Positions 1 to 13,645 of a stretch of 64,000 bases of DNA are shown here, piece by piece. Position numbers and translations under genes: made by a program. Under the pieces are notes generated by a model. That model saw only the letters and a list, made by a program, of their open reading frames with translations. It searched no databases and had not been told where the DNA came from. Origin of the DNA: the human T2T-CHM13v2.0 reference genome, Homo sapiens; assembly GCF_009914755.1 (NCBI RefSeq), contig NC_060947.1; one strand, written 5' to 3'. Numbering within the stretch: position 1 is the first letter of the stretch; every line of letters starts with the position of its first letter.

Positions 1-54
1 ATTAGAGATCTGTCTCTTCCTGCTCTTTAGCATAGTCTTCAACGACTAAAAGAA

Positions 55-190
55 AAATCACTGAAAGCTTACTCAGTGCCAAGAAATAAACCAAGCCTTG
101 GAAATGTATACATGAATGAAGCACACACCGCACTATAAAAGAGCTCACAGTCTCAAGGAGCACACAGAAGAGAAAATAATAATAACGATG
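55..190 (-). mobile_element. L2 LINE fragment (ancient)
   Basis: Degenerate match to the L2 3'-end antisense motif (tactcagtgcc...atgaatgaagcacac...gagctcacagtct). Confidence 0.5.
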
Positions 191-269
191 TTTGTGAAAC
201 ATTTTTTCTCAGCCTGGAATGAATTTTTTAAATTCATGTGCATTCATTTAAGCATCCTGACAATCTTTA

Positions 270-400
270 CTATTTTCCTCACCATTTTATATATATGGAA
301 ATTTAGATTGATGTTACTTGCTAAAGATTTAAGTTAGAAATATTGGAGCCAGAAGTCAAACCCAAATATTCTGCCTCATTAGACAATGTTCTTCACTGCC
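270..400 (-). mobile_element. MIR SINE fragment
   Basis: Degenerate core motif ttacttgctaaag...ggagccagaagtcaaacccaaatattctgcctc. Confidence 0.5.
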
Positions 401-689
401 ATATCCTTCATCATGTACTACCTCCACACTTTCCACCAAGTTTTTTTTCTAAAGACCTTGTCTGGGCTGGAGTTGTTAAAGACCCCATGGAAGAAATAAA
501 ACTTGAGCTGAATTGAGAACCAGACTGGAATTGGCTAGAGATAAGGGGAAAATGTAGTTCAAGTGCCAATAAAGCCTAAATTTGGCAATTTCTGGATGTG
601 ATTGCGTTTAAAATCTATACTGGCTAGTTCTCTTCTGAAGGAAGAAAAAATGTGAAAGTGTATGGGCAAGTTTTAAGAGGAAAAGAGAG

Positions 690-3296
690 GGAGAAGAGGC
701 AGGACCTGTCCAAACACCCATGGGAAGAGACTGTGATGCAAAGAAAAAAAGAAGCAAAAGTCTGGCTGAAATCAACCCCAAAGGAGCTTAAAGCTCAGTG
801 GAAAGGGTAAGTAGGAGTAGGTCTGCGCTCCTCACAACTCTGACAATCTGCTGATCACTCAAGTATTGGGGAGACCTATGCCCCTGCAACTCAGAGCAAC
901 AATATTGGTGGTGATTAGAGATCTTCATGGAAACAGAGAACTAGGTGGTCAGCTCGTGTGGCCATGCCACCTCCCTCCTTAAACCCAGGCTGAGACAGCA
1001 GATGCCCTACTTGTTATGCACTCATTGTGCCACTGCCCTTCCCATGAATCTTTTGCCTTTGAGCCACTGCACCACCACACCACCTGCAGCCATACCCCAC
1101 AATCCACTCTGAGTTTGGCAAGGATAGAGGACTAGTGAGTCCCTAGTGAGTTGTAGGTCACCTGAATATTTAACCTTAATTGTGGAAACCCTTTAGGGAT
1201 CGGGGAGCACGGCCTGCCAAGACCACCCATAGGACAAAGGAAATATGGATATGGCAGCAGCCGCTTAAGGGGGCACCATCAAAGCCTGGGAATAGACATG
1301 GAGAGGGAGCCAACTCCTTCCCCCATCCCACTCACCAGTGCACTGTTGCAGACACATCAGTGAGTCTTCCCATTGAGGCCTATTGAGTGTGCCCTGAATG
1401 AAACTGCTTTTCACACATTTCTGGTGGCCCTACCCCTACCAAAGGAAACCACACTCTTTGTGAGTGTGCTCTTCACACTTCTCAGGCAGCTCCACCCCCA
1501 ATGAGAGTGGGCACACTGAAGAAGATCCTACATTCTGGATCTTACTCTTAATCATTATCTACTGGACTGCAACCTGAATTATACCACCAAAGAAAAATGC
1601 CTCACTACAACAAGCAGCATTTGATAAATAAATCACATGAATATATCTGCAGCCAAGGTAACCCTACAGAGCACTGGCCCTCTGAAAGCACCCAGAAATA
1701 AAGCCAATTGATCATACACAACATACACCACAGTCATAGCCTCAAGGGAAAAAATAAATAAAAATCCCCATTCAAACAATAGCAAATTCAAAGAAAGAAA
1801 GAAAGAAGCTTAGGTTCCCTCATATGAGAAGAAAACAGCACAATAACTCTGGTAATACAAAAAAGCCAGAACGTTTAATCAACACCAAAGGATTGCCTTA
1901 GCTTCCCCACAATGGATCCTAACCAGATTGAAATGTTTGAAGTGAGAAATATAGAAATCAGAATATTAATGACAAGGAAACTCAATGAGATCCAAGAAAA
2001 AGTAAAAATCCAATACAAAGAAGCAAGAAAGATGATCCAAGCTTTGAAACAAGATATAGCTATAATAAGAAAGAACCAGCTGGGTGTGGTGGCTCACACC
2101 TGTAATCCCAGCACTTTGGGAGGCTGAGGCGGGCAGATCACGAGGTCAGGAGTTCGAGATCAGCCTGACCAACATGATGAAATCCCGTCTCTACTAAAAA
2201 TACAAAAATTAGCCGGGCGTGGTGACGTGCGCCTGTAATCCCAGCTACTCAGGAGGCTGAGGCAGGAGAATAGCTTGAACCAGAGAGGCAGAGGTTGCAG
2301 TGAGCAGGGATCACGCTACTGCACTCCAGCCGGGGCAACAGAGTGAGACTCTGTCTCAAAAAAAAAAACAAAAGAAAGAAAGAACCAAACATAACTTCTA
2401 GAACTAAAAAAATTACTACAAGAATTTCAAAATACAGTTGAAAATCTTAACAACAGACTAGACCAAGCAGAAGAAAAAGTTAAAGAACTTGAATACTGGT
2501 CCTGTCAATGAACCCAGTTAGACAAAAAAAGTTTTTTTTAAAAATGAACAATATTTTTGAGAAATATGGGATTATGTAAAATGACCAAACCTGAGACTTA
2601 TTGGCATTCCTGAAGAGAAGAAGAGAAAGTAAGCAAATTGGACAACATATATGAAGGTATAATTCAGAAAAATATACCCAATCTTGCTATAGATGTTAAC
2701 AGGCAGATAAAAGACAAAAGAGAACTCATGTAAGTTTCTATACAAGATGACCATCCTCTAGGTACATAGTTGTCAGACTTTCCAATTTCAAGATGAAAGA
2801 AAAAATCTTAAATGCAGCTAGAGAACAAAGTCAAATTACTTATAAAGAGAATCCCATCAGACTAATAGCAGATATCTCAGTGCAAAGCTTACAAGCCAGA
2901 AGATATTGAGGGTCTATCTTTGGCATTCTTAAAGAAAAGACATGCCAGCCAAGAATTTCATATTCTACCAAATTGAGCTTCAAAAACTAAAGAGAAATAA
3001 AGTCTTTCTAAGATAAGCAAATGCTAAGAGGATTTGTCATGGCCAGGGCCTCCATACAGGAGCTGCTTAAGGGAATTCTCAATATAGACACAAAAGAATG
3101 ATGTCTGTTACCACAAAAGCACACGTAAGTACATATCCCAAAGACCTAATAAAGCAATTACTGAATGAAGACTACAAAACTATTAGGTAAAAACATTATG
3201 AAGGAAATAAACTCACATATAAATACTAACTTTGAAAGTAAATGGCCTACATGCTTCAATGAAAAGACAGTGTGACAAATTGGATTTAAAGCAAAA
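690..3296 (+). mobile_element. L1PA16-like LINE-1 5' part: 5'UTR, decayed ORF1 (about 1823-3100) and start of ORF2; interrupted by an Alu
   Basis: GC-richer 5'UTR; ORF1-like peptide MDPNQIEMFEVRNIEIRILMTRKLNEIQEK (ORF 1912-2127); ORF1 C-terminal motif ccaagaatttcatattctaccaaattgagcttc; ORF2 N-terminus atactaactttgaaagtaaatggcct. Confidence 0.85.
2079..2375 (+). mobile_element. AluSg-like SINE, full length, inserted in L1 ORF1
   Basis: Dimeric Alu with the gatcacgaggtcaggagttc diagnostic and A tail; perfect 12-bp TSD aagaaagaacca at 2067-2078 and 2376-2387. Confidence 0.97.
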
Positions 3297-5240
3297 GATG
3301 CAAACAAAGATAATTTCTTTTTTTTTTTTTTAATTTGGATGTCCTTTATATTTTTTTCTTGTCTCATTGCCCTAGCTAGGACTTTCAGTCCTACGTTGAA
3401 TAACAATCATGAAAGTGGGCATTCTTCTCTCGTTCTGGACCTAAGGAGGAAAGACTTTCAGTTTTTCTCATTCACTATAATACTAGCTTGTGGGTCTGTC
3501 ATTTATAGTTTTTATTATGTTGAGTTATGTTTCTTCTATACTCATTTTTTCAGTGTTTTTATCATGAAGGATGTTTAATTTTATCTAATGCTTTTTTAGC
3601 ATCATTTGAAATGATTATATGGATTTTCTCACTTTATTCTATTGATATGATGTATCATGTTGATTGATTTGCATATGTTAAACCATCCTTGCATCTGAGG
3701 GATAAATTCTACTCAATCATGATAAATATTTTTTATGTATTATTTAATTCAGTTTGCTAGTATTTTGTTCAGAAGTTTTTCATCAATCATCAGAGATATT
3801 ATCAGAGATATTGGTCTGTAGTTTTTATTTTGATGTGTTTTTATCTGGTTAGGGTATCAGGGTAATCCTGGATTCATAGAATGAGTTTGGAGGTATTTTC
3901 TCCTACTCCTTTTTTTTTCAGAATAGTTTGAGTAGTATGGTAATAATTATTCTTTAAATGTTTGGTAGAATTTAGTAGTGAAGTCTTTAGGCTTTTCTCT
4001 ACTGGGAGAGTTTGTATTATGACTTTGATTTTGTTATTTGTTATTTGTTATTGATCTGTTCAGGTTTTTTGTTTCCTCCTGGTTCAATCTTGGTACATTG
4101 TATATGTCTAAGAATTTGCCAATGTCTTTCAGATTTTTCCATTTCTTAGCATGTAGTTGCTCAGAGTATTCATAAATGATCCTTCCAGTTTCTGTGGAAT
4201 AAGCTTCAATGTCTCATTTTTCATTTCTGATTTCATTTACTTGTATCTTCTTTTTTCTTAGTTACTCTGGCTAATCGTTTGTCAAGTTTAACTTCAAAAA
4301 AGCTTTTTGTTTCATTGATATCTTGCATTGTTTTTTTAATTTCAATTTCATTTATTTCTGCTCTGGTCTTTATTATTTCTTTTCTCCCACTAATCTTGGG
4401 TCTCATTTGCTCTTGCTTTTCTAGTTATTCAAGATATATTATTAGGTTATTTATTTAATGTTTTTCTTCTTTTTTGAAGCGCTTATAGTTATCAGCTTCC
4501 CTCTTAGTACTGTTTTTTTTGTATTTCATAAGTTTTGCTATGCTGCACTTCCATTATCCTTTGCTTCAATAAATCGTACAGTTTCCTTGTTAATTTCTTC
4601 ATAGATCCACTGGTCATTCAGGAGCATCTTGTTTAACTTCCATGTCTTTGTGTAGTTTCCAAAATTCCTTTTGTTATTGATTTCTAGTTTTATTCTAACA
4701 TGGTCAGGGAAGATATTTCAAACTTTTATTGTTTTAAGACTTTTTGTGACCTAACATATGGTCCATCCTTGATAATGTTCCATGTGCTGAGGGAAAGAAT
4801 ATGTACTCTTCAGCTGTTGGATGAAATGTTCTTTAAATATTGGATCTATTTGATCTATAATGCAGAATAAGTCTGATATTTCTTTGTTGACTTTCTGTCT
4901 GGGAGATCTATCCAATGCTGAAAGCATGGTATTGAAATCTTCAGCTATTATTGTGTTTGAGTCTCTCTCTCTCCTTAACTCTAATAATATTTGCTTTATC
5001 GATCTGGATGATCTACTGTTGTTGCATATGTTATATTTAAAATTGTTATATTCTCTTGCTGAAGTGACCCATTTATTATTATATAGTGACCTCCTCTGTC
5101 TCTTCTTATAGTTTTTTGTCTTGAAATTTACTTTGTTTCACATTAAGTATAGCTACTCCTGCTATTTTTGGTTTTCATTGTCATAGAATATCTTTTTTCT
5201 ATATCTTTATTTTCTGTCTATGTGTGTCTGAATAGGTGAA
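3297..5240 (-). mobile_element. Internal L1MA-type ORF2 fragment (endonuclease to RT), inverted relative to flanking L1
   Basis: Minus-strand ORF2 remnants, e.g. LFNVGLKVLARAMRQEKNIKDIQI (3158-3406); L1MA-style EN sequence; no 3'UTR or TSD. Confidence 0.88.
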
Positions 5241-8200
5241 CTTAATAACTTTGGGTAAACATTAAAATTATGGCAGAAATAAAAAATTTTTTGAAACAAA
5301 TTAAAATTGGAGCACAGCATTCCAAAACCTCTGGGGTGTGGCAAAAGCACTGTTAGGAGGAAAGTCTATATTGTTAACCATAAATATCAAGAAGATAAAA
5401 TGATCTGAAATTGAAAACCTAACCTCACACATAAATAAACAATAAGAACAAGGAAAAACTAAGCCAAAAGCTAGAAGAAAAAAGTAATCAATAAAATAAT
5501 AGCAGAGCTAAAATAAATTGTGACCATGAAATTTATTTAAAATCAATGAAATGAAAAGTTGTTTATTTGAAAGGATAAAAAAAAATAGACCACTAGCTAG
5601 ATCAACAAAAATAAATAAAAAATCCAAGTATGAACAATTAGAAATGACAAAAATAACAGTACAACTAATCCCAAAGAAATACAAAAGTTTCTCAGAGGCT
5701 TCTGTGAACATCTCTATGCACACAAACTAGACAATCTAGAGGAAATGAATAAATTCCTGAAAACGTACAATCTCCCAAGAATGAACCAGAAAGAAATTAA
5801 AACCCTGAACAGATCAATAAGTAGTTACAGAATTGAATCAGTAATATAAAATCTACCAACCAAAAAAAAAACCATTTGACAGAAGAATTCGTAGCCAAAT
5901 TATACTTGATATGCCAAGAAAAGTTGGTATCAATCCTGTGAAACTATTCAAAAACTTAAGTAGAAGGGATATTTCCCTAATTTAATCTTTGAAACCAGCT
6001 TCATCCTGATACCAAATTCTGGCAAGGACACAACAACAACAAAAAGTAAACTACAGGCCAATATCTTTGATGAACCGATGCAAAAATTATCAATAATATT
6101 CTAGCAAACCAAATCTAGCAGCACATCAAAAGGTAAATCACCATGATCAAGTGGAATTTATTCCTAGGATCCTAGGATGTTAAAATGTTTTAACATATGC
6201 AAATCATTAAACATGATTCACTATATAAACAGACTTAAAAACAAAAATCTCACTATTATCTCAATAGATGTATTCAATATCAATAGATGCATTGAATATT
6301 AAAAGCATTCAATAAAAGCCAATAGAGCTTCATGATAAAAACCCTCTTTACAAATATAAGGAACAAACCTCAAAATAATAAGAGTCATTTATGACAAATC
6401 CACAGCCAAAATCAAACTGCATGGGCAAAAGATGGAACCATTCCCCCTATGAACTGGACCACGACAAAGATGTTCAATATCACCACTCTAGTTCAACGTA
6501 GTATTGGAATTCTTGGCCAGAACATCAGGGAAAATGAAGAAATAAATGACATACAAATAGAAAAAGAGGAAGTACAATTATCTTTTTGTTGATTATAAGA
6601 TTCTATATCTAGAAAACTCCAATGATTCTGCCAAATGAATACTAAGCCTGATTAATGACTTCAGTAGTCTTAGCATACAAAATCAACATACAAAAGTCAG
6701 TAGAATTTCTATATATTGATAATATTTAATTTGAGAACCAAATCAAGAGTGCATTCCCATTTACTGTAGCCAAAAATAAAAATAAAATACTTACGAATAC
6801 ATCTTATCAAGCAGGTGAAGTTATCTACAAAGATAATAACAAAACATTGCTAAACAAAATCATTGATGACGCAAAAGCATGAAAAAATAATCCATGCTCA
6901 TGGATTGAATGTATCAACATTATTGAAATATTTATACTGTCCAAAGCAATCTACAGACTCAATGCAATTGCTATCAAATTCCCAGTGTTATTGTACAAAT
7001 AATTAGGAAAAAACTATCCCAAAATTAACATGTACCCCCCTGCAAAAAGTAATTTGGATAACAAAAGCCATCCAAAGCAAAAGAAAAAATCCAGAGGCAT
7101 CACATTCCAAACACATACAACCAACTGATTTTTGACAAAATTGGCAGAAATAAACAGTGTGGAATGAAACCCTATTCAGTAAGCAGCGCTGGGAAAACTG
7201 GCTAACTATAAGGAGAAGAATAAAACTGGGTCCCTACCTCTCATTATATACAAAAATCAACTCAAGATGGCATAAAACTTAAATTTAAGACCTCAAACAA
7301 TAAAAATACTAGAAGAAAATCAAGGACACCCTATTCTGGAAACTTCCTTAGGCAAAGAATTTATGAGTGAGCTCTCAAAAGCAAACACAACAAAAACAAA
7401 AATAAACACTTGGGTTCCAATTAACCTAAAGAGCTTCTGAACAGCAAAAGAAACTATCTAAGGAGTAGATAGACAACCTACAAAATGGGAGAAAATATTT
7501 GCAAACTATGCTTCTGACAAAGGACTAATAACCAAAATCTATAGGATACTAAAATCAAGGACAAAAAAAACTAAAAAGTAAGCAAAGCACATGAACAGGC
7601 ATTTCTTGAAAGAAGACATACTAGCAGCCAATAAAGATATGAAAAATACTCATCATCACTAATCATCAGAGAAATGCAAATCAAAACCACAATGAGATAT
7701 CATCTCCCACCAATCAGAATGGCTATTGTTAATAAGAAAAAGAAAAAAAAAAGCAGATGTTGGCAAAGATGTGAAGAAAAGGGACTGCTTATACACTGTT
7801 GGTGGGAAAGTAAATTACTTCAGCCACTGTGGAAAGCAGTTGAGACATTTCTCAAATACCTAAAAATAGAACTACTATTCAACCCAGCAATCCCATTATT
7901 GGGTATATACCCAAAGGAAAATATATTGTTCTACTGAAAAGACACCTGTGCTTGTATTTTTATCACAACACTAAGCACCATTGATAATAGCAAAGACATG
8001 GATTCAACCCAGGTCTCATCAATGGTAAATGTACACCACGCAATACTATGTAGCCGTAAAAAGAACAGAATTAAGTTTTTTGCAGCAACATGGACAGAGC
8101 TAGGTGCAATATTCTTAAGTGAATTAATGCAGGCACAGAAAACCAAATACCATATATTCTCACTTATAAGTGTGAGCTAAATATTGAGTTCATATGGACG

Positions 8201-8425
8201 AAATGATTGGAAAAACCCATTCTAGAAACTCAAAAAGGCAGGAAGGAGGAAGGGTGGTAAGGGTTGAAAAATTACCTGTTGCCTACTATGTTCACTATTT
8301 TGGTAATGGGTTATAGCAGCCCAAACCTCAGCATCACAAAATGTATCCAAGTAGCAAACCTGCACATGTACCCCTTGAATCTAAAACTAAAATGAATAAA
8401 ATACAAAATAATAAAAATATAAAAT
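5241..8425 (+). mobile_element. L1PA15/16-like LINE-1 3' part (decayed ORF2 and 3'UTR)
   Basis: ORF2 C-terminus [11 protein letters not shown]...CWQRCEEKGLLIHCWWE; 3'UTR gggttgaaaaattacct...aacctgcacatgtaccccttgaatctaaaa with A-rich tail. Confidence 0.93.
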
Positions 8426-8449
8426 TATGTAACTTCCTAAGTTTCTTAG

Positions 8450-8660
8450 GGCAGCATAATAAGTGGTTAATAGTATGGGCTTTGGAGTCACAGACGCTCT
8501 GGTTTAAGCCTACCTCAAGCCCTTAAAGATTATATAACCTTAGGAAAATAATTTCACCTCATCTTCCTCATTCAGAAAATTAGAGTTAAGAAATATAATT
8601 CAGTGTAAATGAGCACAATGTCTGGCACAAAAGAAAACTCAATAAATATTAATAGTGGTA
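8450..8660 (+). mobile_element. MIR SINE
   Basis: gcagcataataagtggttaatagtatgggctttggagtca ... tctggcacaaaagaaaactcaataaatatt. Confidence 0.8.
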
Positions 8661-9149
8661 ACTTTATGATGTTTTTGTTACCAATTAACTAAACATATTT
8701 TTAACATTCCAAACCTCCTTTCATCAAAACTGGGTGGTTCAGGGACATTTAATTGTCACATTGAGAAAACATGACTCCCTTAGGAGCACTTTACCTCACT
8801 GTGCCAATACTTTATTAAAAGATGGGTACCAAGCCAAATTTAGTAATAGTGATTAAAACGTCCCTAGCCTACTGGACTCCAACATTCTAAAGGAGTAAAT
8901 TCAAAATCCTGTTTCCGCCACTACTAACCTTTAGTATTTTGTTATTGTTATTATTTTTGTCCATATGTTTGGCCCTAAAAAAATAGGCACTTGTATGAAA
9001 ATGGAGGATACATTTTTCTGCAGAACACTTGTGAATATCTTAGGAACTGATTTTAACTGCCATATCTATGCTTTATAATAGAATTTAATAATTTGGGGCT
9101 TGTTTTCAATCTTATCTTTAAACTTACTAATATAATACTTTTAAGAACA

Positions 9150-11750
9150 GAGACCAGTGACTTTCATTTCTCATTCTGACTGAAAAACTTATTTTAGAAT
9201 AACCCTACTAACTGGAATAAGTGCAGAACTTTGAAAAAAAATTAAAATAAGGCCAACTGTTTAAAATTATCAGAGAATAAATAAGGTAGCCAGACCTTGA
9301 AAGGCCAACATTTCAGGAACAAGGAAAAAGCACTGAAGTGAGCCTGCTGTTCTTTGCCAAGTCTACTTTAAGGAATTTGCTAATTCTAGATAAGCATGGA
9401 CGAGATGCTGAGTAGACAGTGGCAGCCCAAAGCTTTTGACAATTTAACAGCATTTAGGAGACAAATACAGTTTAGGATGACTAAGGCTTCCAGATCTTGA
9501 AGTGCAAGATATTAAACACACTAAGAACTAATTAGATGAGTTCAACAGCAGATTAGACAGAGTATAAGACAAGATCAGTAGCCTAAAAGATAACTTGCTA
9601 CAAAATATTTATACTAAAATATCAAGAAAAAATGATGGAAAAAGTTTAGAAACACATGGCACATGGCAGCCAAAAAGTAACATATACCCAGGTAGAGGGC
9701 AAGAAGGACAACAGCAACAATGGGGTTAAAATAATACCTGAAGTACACTTCTAGATACATATGTGGGTGAGAATTTTTTTAAATTAAAAATATGTCAAGC
9801 CACAAAGTCAAGAAATGCTGTGATCACCACTCAAGAAAAATACAAAGTTAAGCACACCTAGGCATATCTCAGTGAAACTAAGATGAAAACCCCAAAAAAC
9901 AAATTGCTCAGAACAGCAAGAAAAAATAAACACATGATTTTCAAAGGAGCCAAAACCAGTAAAAATTATGGCCAACTCCTGCTAAAACAGTGGAAGTCAG
10001 AAATGGAATATAATTGTTAAAGAGAAAAATTAACATCCCAAAAATTCTGTATCCAACAACAGATCTTTAAAAAATAGAAGTGAAGCAAAGATCTTTTAAG
10101 ACAAACAAAATCTGAAATAATCTATTGCCCACAGACTCACCATACACAGTACTAAAAAAAGTTCCACAGACTCTAAAATAATGATCCCTGATTTTTAATC
10201 TTGGAAAAACAGGAAGGAGTGATGAGGAATACTGAAAGAGATAAATAAATGATTACACACAAATAAATACTTTATAGAAATTAAAATAACAATGACTTTC
10301 AGGGTTCAAATATATATGTGTGCATATGTACACATGTATATGCATACATACATATGATTAAAATTCAGGAAAACAATAGCACAAAAATAGGATGAGTAAA
10401 TGAAGTTAAAGTTCTCTAAGTTCCTTCCCTTACTGAAAAATGCTAAATGTACTAATTTTTAGTTTTAATTCAAGGATACATGTTGTAATCTCTAGAGTGA
10501 CTGCTAGAAGAATAAACCCAAGAATATACAACTAATATCTAATAGAGGACAAATGTGGAATAATAATAAGAGTAAACTTGATTAATTCACATGAAGGCAA
10601 GAAAGAAGACAGTAGGAAAAAAGAATAAATAGAAAACAAATAGTGAATGGCCAATATAAACAAAATTATATCACAAACTATACTAAATATCAATAGATTA
10701 CTCCATTTAAAAACAGAGGTATCAGACTATATAAATATCAAAGCAAAAGTTTAAAATACATGCTGCTTACAGAAGCATAGCTTAAAAAGTGGTTCACAAA
10801 GATTGAAAATTTAAAAAAGAGAAAATATATACCATGCAAATATTAGCCAGAAGAAAGCTGGACCAATTACACTTCACAGGAAAACAGAAATAGACTTTAA
10901 TTCAAGAAGTATTACTAAAGACAAAGAGAAACATCTTATAAAGGTAAAAAGTTCAATCCATCAGGAATGTAAAACAATTCTAGATTTGAATAACTCTAAT
11001 GGCATAGCTTCAAAATCTTTCAAATAAATTTTGTGTGAATTAAAAAGTAAAAGACAAATAGATTTTAACACATCTTTTTCAGTAGCTGATAAAAAAGAAT
11101 ACCAAAAATTAATAAGGATAAAGAAGGTTTGAACTACATGATAAAAAAAAATTGTATTGTACATAAGGAAATTCTGTACTCAACCACCACAAAAAATTAA
11201 CCATATTCTGGGTGTTATAGTAAGTATTAGCCAACTTTAAAGTATAAAAGCCACACTTTAAATTACACATACAAAATGTGTTACTTAAACAGGGAAGTAT
11301 TAAGCTAGATATTGATAAGAAGAAGAAAATTAGGAAACCTCCATATCACTGTAAATGAAACAACATACTTCTGACTTCTGTATAACCCACAGGTCAAATA
11401 ATAAATTGCATTGGTAATTAGAAAATATTTTGAGATGAATGACAGCATGATTATGATAAAAATGTGTGCAATTTATCTAAAGCCTTGTTTTGAAGGAGAT
11501 TTCTTCCCTTAAATGCACATATTAGAAAAAAAGGATGACTGAAAATCAATAACCAGAACAAATTAAATGTAACAAAACAGAAGAAAGAAAATAATAAAGA
11601 TAAGAGCAAAAGTTAATTAAGTAGAAACAAATGTACATCAGAGAAAATCAAGATAGCTAAATAAGTTCATGCTTTGGGAAAAGTAATAGAATTAATAATC
11701 CCTTAGTGAAACTGATAAAGTAAAATATAAATTTTAAAAAATGAATAACA
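9150..11750 (+). mobile_element. Old L1M (L1MC/L1ME-age) 5' region with decayed ORF1 and ORF2 endonuclease
   Basis: ORF1-like ttcaacagcagattagacagag and cacacctaggcatatc; ORF2-like tgctgcttacagaagc, aatagactttaa, tcaatccatcaggaa; heavily diverged. Confidence 0.75.
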
Positions 11751-11759
11751 ACAAAAATA

Positions 11760-12085
11760 ATAATAGTAATAATGTCACCTAACACATTAAGCATTTAAAA
11801 TGTCTGAGGTTTTGTACTAAACATTTTACTTGCATTATATCAGGGATTCTTGATACTGGCTGCTTATCATAATCAAATAAAGAACTTTCATAAAATGTTC
11901 AGAGTCCACCTAGGTGATTGATCTGATTATGGAATGTGGATGAAAAAGTATTGTATTATATTATGTAACAATTACACCCACCCTCTGAGATATTATTCAT
12001 ATCAATATCCTTATTTTTCAAAAGTAAAAACTGAGATAAAAGGAGGATAAGTAACATACTCTGGGTCAAGCAGCTAGATAAGGTA
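11760..12085 (-). mobile_element. MIR SINE, apparently split by a MER5-like hAT fragment (about 11840-11975)
   Basis: MIR antisense motifs (cattaagcattt...tactaaacattttac; attttt..aaactgag..taagtaac) flank cagggattcttgatactggctgc. Confidence 0.6.
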
Positions 12086-12269
12086 ATTAATTTTCAGTGC
12101 TGCAGTATCTTTGTACTCTGATAGTCACATAGTATTTGAATAGTGCTATGAGCTGTTCTACCATTTAGTAACACTTCAGTTCCCAGAGTAACTGTAAAAT
12201 TTCTCTAGAGTTCAGGTCAAAGGCCAGAAAGTTAGTCAAATCAAGCAATACCATACTCCTAATCAATGC

Positions 12270-12532
12270 CTCACCAATGCTTCCTCATGCATTTTTGCTA
12301 GAATGGAAATGCTCAACTCTTCCATGAAAACATTCCTGACCATGTTCTCAGGTAAAATTATTTGCTTCCTTCCTTACTGCCCTATACAGTGTAAATACTT
12401 CTATAATACTATCTCTTTGAAGGTAGAGATGACATGGTGTTTGTTTCAGCATTCCCAGAATTTAGTGCAGTCCTTGCCAGATAGTAGGTGTTCAGTAAAG
12501 GTAAATGAATGAATGAATCAATGAATGAATGA
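12270..12532 (+). mobile_element. L2 LINE 3' end
   Basis: tttgaaggtagaga...agtaggtgttcagtaaa followed by the (gaat)n tail typical of L2. Confidence 0.8.
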
Positions 12533-12744
12533 GGAGACATATTCTACAATTATCAATGGCATCAGTGTAGGGGTTTCCAACATACTTCCCTCCTCCCTTG
12601 ACAAAAGGCATTTGTGTAAGCCTCATGATTTATTTCAAGCTTTGAGTTCCAAGAGATAAGGTGTTGAAGGTCAGAGTTGTTCTCTTTGATAATAATTTCA
12701 AATTTTAAAGTGTTTCCCAGACATCTTCAGTTGGTTGCTAGTTT

Positions 12745-13170
12745 CCTATAATGGCTAACATTTATTTGACATTTACTGTGTGCCAGCTCATTTTATCTCA
12801 ATTCATTCTCAAAACTAGCTCATGAGATAGATACTATTACTATCCTTATGTTACAGATAAGTAACTGAGTCTATAAGAGGCTAAATAATTTACTCAAGTT
12901 TACCTGAGAGTAGAGTAAATTAATTTCCAGTTATACATGACCACAAGATGGAATTATTAGGCTACATTGCTTGTCAAATATTTATAATGATAGCTAAACT
13001 TAACATTTCTTGAGCAATCATTTGCAAGGCACTCGGAGAAGTGCTTGATCTAATCTACTTCACACAAACAACTGTGAGAATTCAGTACTACTATTGCCAG
13101 TTTTTATTAATGAAAAATGATTCTTACTTATAAAATAATTAAATAACCTATACAAATTAACCCAGACCAT
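12745..13170 (-). mobile_element. Two adjacent MIR SINEs
   Basis: Two copies of the gctaacatttatt...tgtgccag/gcaaggcact motif, each followed by a ttacagat/aactgag-type core. Confidence 0.7.
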
Positions 13171-13229
13171 TCTTGCATCTTTCTGTTATGTCACTCACTT
13201 CCTTTTTCATGTTACAATGGCCTTCTCTC

Positions 13230-13630
13230 AGGTCCACCACAACCAACCACTTCTTATTCATATTAGGACTTTACAAACATGTTCCTATGCCTGGAATGCT
13301 TCCCTTGACTTCTCTGCCTAGATTTAGTTCTACTCATTTTTCAAGTCACAGCTTAAGTATTCCTTGACTCAACTCTAACTCTCAGTTCTAACTCATCACC
13401 ACTATTTTACTCTCATAATAACAGAAACTTGTATTTTCCTCCTCCAAATTTAAAATGACTTGAAAACTATTAATTTACATTAATTGGGTGATTATTTATT
13501 AAATTTTTGTCTCTTCTATTGGATTATCAGCTTTATGATAGGTTTACTTATTGTTCAGATGTTTTACTTATTATTCTATATCTAGTGCCTGGCATATACA
13601 AAGCATGCTGAAAATACATGTTAAAAGAAC
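13230..13630 (+). mobile_element. L2 LINE 3' end
   Basis: gttcctatgcctggaatgct ... tctagtgcctggcatata. Confidence 0.7.
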
Positions 13631-13645
13631 ACATAAGACAAATCT

